Origin: a virus
Lineage: Duplodnaviria; Caudoviricetes
DNA: 64,000 bases
Reading direction: 5' to 3' (one strand)
Virus record (IMG/VR): IMGVR_UViG_3300020190_000004
Below the pieces are notes generated by a model that was not told where the DNA came from, made no database searches, and worked only from the letters and a program-made list of their open reading frames with translations. Positions within the stretch are counted from its first letter, which is position 1; each line of letters begins with the position of its first letter. Both the position numbers and the translations under genes were made by a program. This document shows, piece after piece, positions 55,831-63,549 of this stretch.

Positions 55831-56724
55831 TTAGTAATTTATTTTTTTGTAATCTGCAATGTCTTTTAGTTCGGCTGTAGGTAATACTTCAATTTTCTTT
55901 AGTATTACGTTTCTTACGTTTGCTAAATCATTAATTTCTTTTTCTGAAAGACCTGCAATAGTATAAGTTTCGCCAACAGAAAAACCAAGAGTAGAAAGCT
56001 TTTTTGCACTGTCGAGAGATTCCCAATACTTGCTATCTAATGGCTGATTTGTATTAAATGTTGCAACACAATTATCCCAAAGAGTTTTTGCGTCTATTGG
56101 GGAAGTTTTTTCAATTACGCAGCTTTCGCCACTAGTATAAACAGCAGCAATTGAATACTTTCCTGACATAGCGTCAGGTGGAGTGTTTTCTTTAAGTTTC
56201 TTAAATTGTTCAGGCTTGTCTTTATCCATGGTAGAAGATAAGCCATTTGAAAAAAGAATACTTAATATCTGATTAATTTTAATTGCAGACATACTTAATA
56301 CACCAGAAAAACCAGCCTTTTTAGAAGCTTTTACTGATATCTTTTCATCTCCTTTACTTACGTCAGAAAAAATCGAATCAGCGCCTGCTGCTCCAACAGC
56401 CGTAGGATTAGTTTGTTGCCCGCCTAATACTTTTTCAACTATATGTTCAGCTATTGTTGAAGTTCTAATTCCACCTACTGCTGTATCTTTAGCGTTTGTT
56501 CCAAGATTTGTAACAAACGTATGAAAAAAGTTTGCTTCATTCAAAAGAGGCCCGTCATCAGCAGCAAACTTCTTATCTTTCAAGATATCACTATAAGAAA
56601 TTGTTGCCCCAGCCTTAGCACCGCTTGATCCTATATACTGTGTTAAGAACTGAAAAATGTTTTGTGCATTAACAGATTCATTAACAGATTCATTCAAGAA
56701 AGATTCGTAATCTAGAAGACCCAT
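55831..56724 (-). CDS. CTS-like-leader protein, possible PD-(D/E)XK nuclease fold, 297 aa
   Basis: MGLLDYESFLNESVNESVN leader. The IAEHIVE...FSDVSKGDEKISVKAS segment resembles the E..D..SxK catalytic pattern. Confidence 0.45.
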   Translation of the reverse strand: MGLLDYESFLNESVNESVNAQNIFQFLTQYIGSSGAKAGATISYSDILKDKKFAADDGPLLNEANFFHTFVTNLGTNAKDTAVGGIRTSTIAEHIVEKVLGGQQTNPTAVGAAGADSIFSDVSKGDEKISVKASKKAGFSGVLSMSAIKINQILSILFSNGLSSTMDKDKPEQFKKLKENTPPDAMSGKYSIAAVYTSGESCVIEKTSPIDAKTLWDNCVATFNTNQPLDSKYWESLDSAKKLSTLGFSVGETYTIAGLSEKEINDLANVRNVILKKIEVLPTAELKDIADYKKINY

Positions 56725-56786
56725 AGTATGTTTTTATATTTTCTTATTGGGTAACCAATATAATTTGTTTTAAAGTTTTTCTAATG

Positions 56787-57011
56787 TCATTCTGTTGCAT
56801 TACCGTCGTTATCAATGTAACCCATTATGTTACTCTTGCTAACGGCGCGAAGTTCGTAATCAATAGTCATTCCACGAAAGTACTCTCGAACTTTACGTTG
56901 AGATTCTTCCATAGTTTCTGCTCTTACTAAGAAAGTTTCAGACTTACTGCGAATCTTTCCAGTTTCCATGTCCTCCTCAGAGGTTTTTACTCTTACAGCC
57001 CAATGTGCCAT
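56787..57011 (-). CDS. DUF4494-like protein
   Basis: W.VRVK..ED.ETGK...ETFLVRAET.EE...KV.EY pattern matches the Bacteroidota DUF4494 family as I recall it. Confidence 0.7.
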   Translation of the reverse strand: MAHWAVRVKTSEEDMETGKIRSKSETFLVRAETMEESQRKVREYFRGMTIDYELRAVSKSNIMGYIDNDGNATE

Positions 57012-57043
57012 GTATACTGTGTTTTATAGTTTATATTTTCAGA

Positions 57044-57052
57044 GTATATATC
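57044..57052 (-). promoter_or_regulatory. Putative late promoter GATATATAC
   Basis: Intergenic, upstream of the ATG at 57011. Confidence 0.55.
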
Positions 57053-57514
57053 TCACTTGTAGTCTGGGGACTTGACTTTCTTGCCTTTATCTGGTCCACC
57101 TTCTCGGGGTATCATGCCTTGCGCGATCAATGAGACTCTTATACCGAATGGTATGTCTTTACCGTCTTCGTATTCCTTTTGATACTTCTTAAGAGTATCT
57201 TCATCATAAGGAGATTCTTTTTCGTCAAGTAAGTCTTCTCGACCAAGCTGCTTGTACACCTCTTTACGAACTTTTTCCATTTTCTCTGCGTATTCAGGAT
57301 CATCATTGCGGTTAAAGACGACCTGCTGTGTAAGACTACCGCTAATCTTTTTAAGATCTTTTTTACGAGTCTTAATTAGCCAAGCAGCAAGATCCTCAAT
57401 GCCTAAATCTCTAAAACGTCCTTCTGCATCAGGTGCATCGCTATCTTTCCATTCAGGGGCGCCTGCAGGTTTCTTTTCATACAGCCACTGTTCAAAAAGT
57501 TTTAAGTGTTTCAT
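57053..57514 (-). CDS. Hypothetical protein with CTS-like leader (MKHLKLFEQWLYE)
   Basis: Shared leader motif. Confidence 0.7.
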   Translation of the reverse strand: MKHLKLFEQWLYEKKPAGAPEWKDSDAPDAEGRFRDLGIEDLAAWLIKTRKKDLKKISGSLTQQVVFNRNDDPEYAEKMEKVRKEVYKQLGREDLLDEKESPYDEDTLKKYQKEYEDGKDIPFGIRVSLIAQGMIPREGGPDKGKKVKSPDYK

Positions 57515-57532
57515 AGGAGTTGCGCTTTCATG

Positions 57533-58339
57533 TTACAATTCTTTGTTTACGTCGGTGCTGTATGGTTTTGTCAGATCAATCTCACCATTAGCTAACATTC
57601 GTTTTACTTTCTCAACTTCGTCCGGCCCAATTACAGGCATTTCTACTCGTGCTGGGGCCCCTGGCATGATTTGCTTAGGCAACGCGTCAGCGTTTTTCAT
57701 CATAATCTCTTTACCCTTTTCGTAGTCCCCACCTGCTCCTGGCATATTACTCAAGCTTTCTTTAACTTGCTCAGGTGTAATAGGAAACTTTCCTTGAATT
57801 CCGTTCTCTAAAAAGTTATCCAAAAGATTTCCAATGTTTCTTCCGGTAAAATCTTTAATGTCTCCGTCTCCGTAGTTACCACCGCGATTAAACATACCAA
57901 CGGTAATTGTGTTTAATGCAGATACTAAGGATACTCCAGGTAAGTCAATTTGTGTTGCTTCAACTTTTCCGCTTGGATCGCAAAGAAATGTAGCAGCCCA
58001 ACGATGATGACCATCCATAATAAAATTGTCTTTAGAAACGATTGAACCTAAATCACCACCAATTTTTGCAGGTTTTGTGTTTAGCATTGTTCCAATAGCC
58101 ATTCCAATAGCCTTTTCCGCGATAATCTCTGTTTGGGCAGCTTGAAGATTTTTAACAGGAACGCTTACTTTCTTCCCAGCAACTGCATCATCTCTCTTAT
58201 CACCGTCTTTACCACCTCTGCCAATTGAGGCATCAGCAGCTTTCTTGTTAACTTTACTTAAAGGAATAACATCACCTCTTCCATGAATCTCCATCGAATC
58301 TTCTAGGATGTAACTTTCAAATGTTTTAACGTATTTCAT
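57533..58339 (-). CDS. ParB/Sulfiredoxin-like N-domain protein with CTS-like leader (MKYVKTFESYILE)
   Basis: VPVKNLQAAQTEI...IVSKDNFIMDGHHRWAA. Confidence 0.7.
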   Translation of the reverse strand: MKYVKTFESYILEDSMEIHGRGDVIPLSKVNKKAADASIGRGGKDGDKRDDAVAGKKVSVPVKNLQAAQTEIIAEKAIGMAIGTMLNTKPAKIGGDLGSIVSKDNFIMDGHHRWAATFLCDPSGKVEATQIDLPGVSLVSALNTITVGMFNRGGNYGDGDIKDFTGRNIGNLLDNFLENGIQGKFPITPEQVKESLSNMPGAGGDYEKGKEIMMKNADALPKQIMPGAPARVEMPVIGPDEVEKVKRMLANGEIDLTKPYSTDVNKEL

Positions 58340-58388
58340 AATTTTTATTTATTCAGGTATTCCTACTAGGACTTTAGTTTTAAGTGTT

Positions 58389-59213
58389 TCATTTAAGTAA
58401 ACTCCAGTACTCGTTAAAGTGTTTAATTCTATCGTCAAGGCCGTTGGTTCCACCATTCACACGCTTTGTAACAGCGGTGATATCTGCTACTGTTGCACCT
58501 CTATCACAAATAGACCAAAGTTTATTGTTGTTAAAGAAAAAGGCAGCAGAAGCAAGCGGGTATTTTGTTGCTACCAAATCAGGATTAGAAACACAATCTT
58601 CTCCGATGAATTTTGTAAAGGACTCGTAATTGCTTTTACCAGTCAGTTGTATATAACCTCTACCGCGAAACTTATACCCGTCTCGTGATTTTTCATCGCC
58701 ATTTCCCATTCTGTTGGCATAAACTCGTGAAGCTATCTTCTCAGGTTGTTTTGCGTATAAGTCAGCAAGGTTTCCCGGGAAGTACTTGCCAAAAGTTGCT
58801 TGTAAACCTTTAGAAGAATAGTTTAAGTTTTCACTAGTTGCCTTAAAGTTTCCACTTTCATGAGCGCATTGTGACAAGAAGTGCGCAAGACGTAAATTAG
58901 TAGTAATTCCAAATTTAGCAGCAGTTTCAGGAATTTGCGCAAGAACCGCATCAGATATGTGACCTTTGAGTTCATTAATCTTTAGACCAGTTGATTCAGT
59001 AGATGTAAATGGCGGCAATTCCGGTGTACCAAACATTAACTTCCAACTGACATTGCCTGATGTAATTATTCCGTCTGGTGTTAAGCCATTTTTCTTTTGC
59101 CAAGCAATAACCGCTGTTTCAGTTTTTGGTCCAAACGAACCGTCTGCGGTTAAACCAAGTTTTTCTTGTAAGAGTTTAACATCGCCTCCTGTAGATCCTT
59201 TCTTAATTAACAT
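58389..59213 (-). CDS. Endolysin: peptidoglycan-binding domain plus GH19 catalytic domain
   Basis: KKGSTGGDVKLLQEKL..ADGSFGPKTETAV.AWQ (PG_binding_1), HFLSQCAHESG, FRGRGYIQLTGKSNY and TKRVNGGTNGL. Confidence 0.92.
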   Translation of the reverse strand: MLIKKGSTGGDVKLLQEKLGLTADGSFGPKTETAVIAWQKKNGLTPDGIITSGNVSWKLMFGTPELPPFTSTESTGLKINELKGHISDAVLAQIPETAAKFGITTNLRLAHFLSQCAHESGNFKATSENLNYSSKGLQATFGKYFPGNLADLYAKQPEKIASRVYANRMGNGDEKSRDGYKFRGRGYIQLTGKSNYESFTKFIGEDCVSNPDLVATKYPLASAAFFFNNNKLWSICDRGATVADITAVTKRVNGGTNGLDDRIKHFNEYWSLLK

Positions 59214-59225
59214 AGATTAGTGAGT

Positions 59226-59582
59226 TTATTTTGGTTGGCAACGATCACAGTTACCGCAAGTGCAATCTTCGGGGCAATCACAAATTTGGTTTTCATGAGC
59301 ACCGTTTTCCAATTTTGCGATTTCGATGTCCCCTGATACGTCTTTTGATTTTCTGTACCCAAGAAGAGCAGCACCGATGCCAACAAATATGATGGCTTGC
59401 GTTATGATATCAATGTCTTTTCCGATAAACATTTTGTCAATGCAACCTAAGAAAAAGCATAGAGTTCCAACAGTACAAATAATTACGCCCATAGTTCCAG
59501 AGCCAGAAGTTTTACCGTTGGCATTTGATGTCATCTGCGCGATGGAAAACTTTTCCAAACTTGCGATCATTTTTAGTTTCAT
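59226..59582 (-). CDS. Two-TM membrane protein, putative holin, with Cys-rich tail
   Basis: Two hydrophobic helices, directly upstream of the endolysin. C-terminus CDCPEDCTCGNCDRC. Confidence 0.55.
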   Translation of the reverse strand: MKLKMIASLEKFSIAQMTSNANGKTSGSGTMGVIICTVGTLCFFLGCIDKMFIGKDIDIITQAIIFVGIGAALLGYRKSKDVSGDIEIAKLENGAHENQICDCPEDCTCGNCDRCQPK

Positions 59583-59690
59583 TTCATACAGAAGTTATTT
59601 TAGATGTTACAGCAAAGAATTTATTTTGCTTATGTATTCTTCTACAAATTTCTAAAATTTTTCTCTTCACTATGTTCTTTTTTAATTTGT

Positions 59691-60305
59691 TTATTTATCA
59701 TTCAAAAAAGATAGTAAAAGTGATTCTAAGAATTCTTTGAGATCTTGAGTTTTTTCTAAGTGAGGGCTAAGTAAAAGAACTTTGCCATTACCGCATCGAT
59801 TCTTTATAATAGCTGGAGTTGTAGGCATGTCATGTAAACCGTCTGTATCAGGTATGTCATCCATGTAACGAGCAATAATGTCCACATTTTTCCACTGTTC
59901 AAACACCGGACCGTTAAAATAATCAACGTCACGATACTCCGATCCTACTAGTATCTTAACAGTATGATGACCTCTTTTCCACCTGCGATGTATACTTACA
60001 GGTGAAATTCCAAGAGACCAAGAATATGTAGTTGATGCAAGATATGCACCCGCGCAAACGCCTATGTAACGGCCTCCATTTTTAACCCATTCAGTGATCT
60101 TACTTAATCTTCTTTTTCCCAGAGTCCGGGCAAAGATGCTAGCAGAACCCCCAGGGAAGAGTATTGCATCAGGGTTTCCTTGAAGAATGTCTTTTGCTGA
60201 AACATAATGAACTTGTGCGTGTGGCAAGTAACTTTCAAAAAAATCTTGCCATATCAACGGAGTAGATACTCTTACACCGTGATCACTGTAAACGTTTATC
60301 TGCAT
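59691..60305 (-). CDS. BPL-N-like class I glutamine amidotransferase-fold protein
   Basis: LFPGG, YIGVCAGAY (nucleophile Cys) and SPHLE (His-x-Glu). Confidence 0.85.
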   Translation of the reverse strand: MQINVYSDHGVRVSTPLIWQDFFESYLPHAQVHYVSAKDILQGNPDAILFPGGSASIFARTLGKRRLSKITEWVKNGGRYIGVCAGAYLASTTYSWSLGISPVSIHRRWKRGHHTVKILVGSEYRDVDYFNGPVFEQWKNVDIIARYMDDIPDTDGLHDMPTTPAIIKNRCGNGKVLLLSPHLEKTQDLKEFLESLLLSFLNDK

Positions 60306-60316
60306 TAAAGTTTTTT

Positions 60317-60508
60317 TTAATACCTTTGGACAGTAGAACGATTGATTTGATCACTGCCGTCTTTCTCTTGGTCGTATTCTTTGCCAGGTTCATTTGTGTC
60401 TATGGAAAAGACTTCTTTTCCATGTGCGTACTTTTTGCCTTTTTTCATAACATGCTTGTCATGCAAGTCACCTATGAATTCTTCAAATGTTTTTATAGGT
60501 TTTTTCAT
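60317..60508 (-). CDS. Small charged protein with CTS-like leader (MKKPIKTFEEFIGD)
   Basis: Leader nearly identical to the neighbour's, with an ATGA overlap. Confidence 0.65.
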   Translation of the reverse strand: MKKPIKTFEEFIGDLHDKHVMKKGKKYAHGKEVFSIDTNEPGKEYDQEKDGSDQINRSTVQRY

Positions 60509-60696
60509 ATTCCTCCAAACGGATAAGCAGCAGTAGCTGTCTCTTCATCGTCACCGTAGTAAGTAGGATTTTGCGTATCAGGGTCTAAGAACAGCTCGTC
60601 ACCGTCTTTCTCTTCTTCGCGATCAGCGAGTTTTCTGAGTTTTCTTGTCTCCAAGTCGCCGATAAAATCTTCAAACGTAGGTACTCGTTTTTTCAT
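60505..60696 (-). CDS. Small acidic protein with CTS-like leader (MKKRVPTFEDFIGD)
   Basis: Shared leader, directly downstream of GATATATAC. Confidence 0.65.
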   Translation of the reverse strand: MKKRVPTFEDFIGDLETRKLRKLADREEEKDGDELFLDPDTQNPTYYGDDEETATAAYPFGGI

Positions 60697-60699
60697 ATA

Positions 60700-60708
60700 G
60701 TATATATC
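60700..60708 (-). promoter_or_regulatory. Putative late promoter GATATATAC
   Basis: Lies between the terminator and the ATG at 60696. Confidence 0.55.
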
Positions 60709-60711
60709 GCT

Positions 60712-60738
60712 AAAAAACCTCTGCTACAGCAGAGGTTT
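60712..60738 (-). terminator. Rho-independent terminator
   Basis: Minus strand AAACCTCTGC-TGTA-GCAGAGGTTT-TTT: a perfect 10-bp stem with a U6 run, 22 nt after the DUF932 stop. Confidence 0.85.
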
Positions 60739-60760
60739 CAGGGCAACACTTAATCAAGAT

Positions 60761-61894
60761 TTAGTTCATTGCAGCCAATCGTGGATAATCAATATGCACG
60801 CTAGTAGCAATGTCCTCCAAATCAAGTTCTTTCTTAAAGAGAATGTTAGAAGCTTGTAATTGTAGTTCACGACGGTGTTCGCGGTCCATTCTAACATCTT
60901 GTGGGTGGGAAGCGATGTAGGTTAGCATGTTAAAGAAATCATAAGCGTTGATTCCGGTGTTAGCAGTAGTTTTCCATTTGCGTGATTTCTCAGCAATGTT
61001 TAGACCGTATGCTTTGTAGAAGTATTGATCATTAAAGAAACGGTGAATAAGAGCATCGTATTTTTCGTTTTCATTACGAGCTTCAAAGAATTTGCGGAAT
61101 TGCTCAAACTCAGCAATAGAAACGTTGTTATTCTTAAGGTGTTGAACCGCCTGAGAAAGTTGTTCAGGCAGACCTTCATTAGCAAACATCAAGTTTTTCT
61201 CGATGACGCTTTGAATTCTCTTGTTGTTGAATTTTGCATGTGCAATGTTAGCGCCAAACCCATACTGATAAGCAGTGTTTCCGTTTGAGCAAACTAAGCG
61301 CTCAAAGAATGGGGCGTAGTCAAAGCGCAAACCGCTGAATGTAAAACGATCACCCGTCTTCCAAACATCAAGGTCAGTACCAAATACATCTACGCGATCA
61401 GTTTCGTTAAGAAGTACTAAGTCAAACATGTCAGTTTGAGAATTAAAGTTTAAAGACTTAAGCGAGTAATCTGTCTCCGAATTTGTGAGGGATTCTTTTA
61501 TCCAATTAAAGTATTGTGGAATGCTTGCATCATCAGACACCTTTTTAGATTCGTTGTGTTTGTAGACATGAACAATCTCTTCGTTACCTTGGTCATCTTT
61601 AACCACTTTAGCAAAAAGTTTAGTTTCAGCTTCAGCAGATTTAAGTTTCTTAGAGACCATGTCCCAATCTTGAGGTGCCATTTTGTTAGCAAACTCGGTA
61701 AAGTTGTTACGAACTTTAAGAGTTGACATAACAGTTCCAAATGCTTTGCCGCGAATAGGCATTTCATTTAAGTAGATCCCATTATCAATGTCAAGATCTT
61801 TAATTTGGAACGTAGTTACCTCGCGGTCTACCATTCGCTCAAGAATAGGGTTTACCTGCTCTTCGATTTTTTGGATTGTTTCCTGATTATTCAT
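60761..61894 (-). CDS. DUF932/DUF945-like protein
   Basis: FFERLVCSNG motif and C-terminal NAYDFFNMLTYIASH. Confidence 0.7.
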   Translation of the reverse strand: MNNQETIQKIEEQVNPILERMVDREVTTFQIKDLDIDNGIYLNEMPIRGKAFGTVMSTLKVRNNFTEFANKMAPQDWDMVSKKLKSAEAETKLFAKVVKDDQGNEEIVHVYKHNESKKVSDDASIPQYFNWIKESLTNSETDYSLKSLNFNSQTDMFDLVLLNETDRVDVFGTDLDVWKTGDRFTFSGLRFDYAPFFERLVCSNGNTAYQYGFGANIAHAKFNNKRIQSVIEKNLMFANEGLPEQLSQAVQHLKNNNVSIAEFEQFRKFFEARNENEKYDALIHRFFNDQYFYKAYGLNIAEKSRKWKTTANTGINAYDFFNMLTYIASHPQDVRMDREHRRELQLQASNILFKKELDLEDIATSVHIDYPRLAAMN

Positions 61895-61913
61895 GTGTTT
61901 TTGCTTTATATGG

Positions 61914-61941
61914 TTTTATATTCAATGGAGTTAAAAAGTTC
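61914..61941 (-). promoter_or_regulatory. Putative class-2 promoter GAAC-N14-GAATATAAAA
   Basis: Same boxes and spacing as 20701-20728. Confidence 0.45.
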
Positions 61942-61950
61942 TTAGATGGG

Positions 61951-62490
61951 TTAGAATGAGGGTGAAAAGTTATAGACTTTAATCGCATAATCATTAACAC
62001 AAGGGCGCCCGGTATTATAGCAACCAAATACAGTCTTCCAATCACCGTATCTGTTATGAAGAGTACGAAGTAATTTCATACTTGTGCGAACATTAAACTC
62101 AATGTCACTTAGTAGCATTTCACGAGTAACAGTGCGATCTTTCCAACTTTCTTTTCCAGTAGTTGGCATGATTTGCATAGGACCGACTGCTCCAGCACAA
62201 GAAACTTGATGTGGGTTATATGACCATTGGTATGGCCCTTCATAGCGAGTTTCTGCGTAAGCAACTCCAAAAGCATAGTTAATTGGAACTTCATATTCAT
62301 TCGCATACTTTTGAATGTAGTACGCCATTTGAATAGACGGAGGACTATTCTTGTCAACAACAGTAAGCGGAGGAAGATTTAGCGAGGTTTCTTTTTTCAC
62401 CTTGGTGCTATCATTGAAGTCGGCAAGCATTACGGCAGTACATAAAAAGATGACCGCCGCGGACGTTAAGATTTGAAACACAGGTTTCAT
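61951..62490 (-). CDS. Lytic transglycosylase (SLT domain) with N-terminal signal/anchor
   Basis: Catalytic AETRY, GAVGPMQIMP, FNV, and YGDW..VFGCYNTG. Hydrophobic N-terminus. Confidence 0.88.
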   Translation of the reverse strand: MKPVFQILTSAAVIFLCTAVMLADFNDSTKVKKETSLNLPPLTVVDKNSPPSIQMAYYIQKYANEYEVPINYAFGVAYAETRYEGPYQWSYNPHQVSCAGAVGPMQIMPTTGKESWKDRTVTREMLLSDIEFNVRTSMKLLRTLHNRYGDWKTVFGCYNTGRPCVNDYAIKVYNFSPSF

Positions 62491-62810
62491 TATTTCCCGG
62501 CGTTAGCAGTGTACAATCTCCCGGCGTACATATTGAAAATAGCAAGACCTACTGAGTCTTGGTATGTCATATATTCACCAGTCTTGCGGTCAATGATAAG
62601 TACTTCGTTTCTTTCATTGACTGCGATAGATACATCTTTCAGCTTGATCGACGGCTGAATTTGCATTGTGGGTTTTGTAGACTCAGGAGAATTCTTGAAC
62701 TTGCCGTAGTAATAAGAACCTACGATTGCGATTGCTACTAAGGCTGAGATTGTTAAAACTCGCCCAGACTTTTGTAAGACTGTGCTTACTTTTTCGTTAA
62801 GTGTTTCCAT
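62490..62810 (-). CDS. Single-TM membrane protein, 106 aa
   Basis: VLTISALVAIAIVGSYYYG helix. TAATG-coupled to the transglycosylase. Confidence 0.6.
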   Translation of the reverse strand: METLNEKVSTVLQKSGRVLTISALVAIAIVGSYYYGKFKNSPESTKPTMQIQPSIKLKDVSIAVNERNEVLIIDRKTGEYMTYQDSVGLAIFNMYAGRLYTANAGK

Positions 62811-62835
62811 GATGATTAAATTTACAGATTTATGA

Positions 62836-63216
62836 TTATTTACTAACTGAGTTGCGACGGATGTATCTGCCTATTTCACCGTCATTAGGCATTGATTGAA
62901 ATTCCTCAGCGGATACTATGATATCCTGAAAGTGGTTGTCTAAAATTGCTTTAAACTCAGGGTATCTCTCAAAAAGCTGTTCTTGGTTTAAGTGAGAATA
63001 AGATGTTTCTTCGTAAGAACCCCACTCGGTAAGTACATGATACATGGGTAAACCATGATCTTGCCAACCTGACTTTAAGATTTTTACTGAGAACGGTTCT
63101 TCATTAGTTGGACAGAGAGTCCAGGCAACTTGAGAAATTCCTTTCTCAAATTCGATTGTTAGTTCCCTTTCGGTAACCGTGCCATCTTGATGACTTACTT
63201 TCTCGTTTACTTTCAT
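62836..63216 (-). CDS. Hypothetical protein, 126 aa
   Basis: Packed ORF with an upstream promoter-like motif. Confidence 0.6.
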   Translation of the reverse strand: MKVNEKVSHQDGTVTERELTIEFEKGISQVAWTLCPTNEEPFSVKILKSGWQDHGLPMYHVLTEWGSYEETSYSHLNQEQLFERYPEFKAILDNHFQDIIVSAEEFQSMPNDGEIGRYIRRNSVSK

Positions 63217-63233
63217 GATTGGTTAATTTATGA

Positions 63234-63260
63234 TTATATACTTACTTGTGAAAATAGTTC
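63234..63260 (-). promoter_or_regulatory. Putative class-2 promoter GAAC-N13-AAGTATATAA
   Basis: Overlaps the end of the lipoprotein gene, upstream of the ATG at 63216. Confidence 0.3.
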
Positions 63261-63496
63261 TTAGCATCAACGACAAGAACATCAATGGTGTCTCCAACTT
63301 CTACGCTGGTTCTGCTTGTGAGTTTGTAACCGCAGTCAGTGGAGATTGTGTAATACTTACCATCAGGTATAAAAGAGTACTTGTCTTTAGCAGTCACCTC
63401 AGTAACTACGCAACGATGAATAACGCCTTCGGGTTGTTTTACTGAGCATGAAACTAAAGCAGCAACAGCAAAAATGGATAGAAATAGTTTTCTCAT
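63242..63496 (-). CDS. Small lipoprotein
   Basis: MRKLFLSIFAVAALVS-C signal peptide with lipobox, followed by a beta-rich body. Confidence 0.75.
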   Translation of the reverse strand: MRKLFLSIFAVAALVSCSVKQPEGVIHRCVVTEVTAKDKYSFIPDGKYYTISTDCGYKLTSRTSVEVGDTIDVLVVDAKNYFHK

Positions 63497-63517
63497 ATTG
63501 ATTATTTAATTATGGTA

Positions 63518-63549
63518 TAAAATTAACCAATAGTTTTGACTAATGCAAA
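63518..63549 (-). promoter_or_regulatory. Possible Bacteroidota sigma-A promoter TTTG-N20-TAATTTTA
   Basis: One mismatch to the TTTG / TAnnTTTG consensus at the correct spacing. A perfect TAACTTTG lies at 63567-63560. Confidence 0.3.

Noticed and set aside
56745-56760. Short hairpins TATTGG-GTAA-CCAATA, GTTTGT-CGTA-ACAAAC (54517-54532) and GCAAAC-TTTT-GTTTGC (63545-63560)
   Set aside because: The 6-bp AT-rich stems have no U-tract and are expected by chance.
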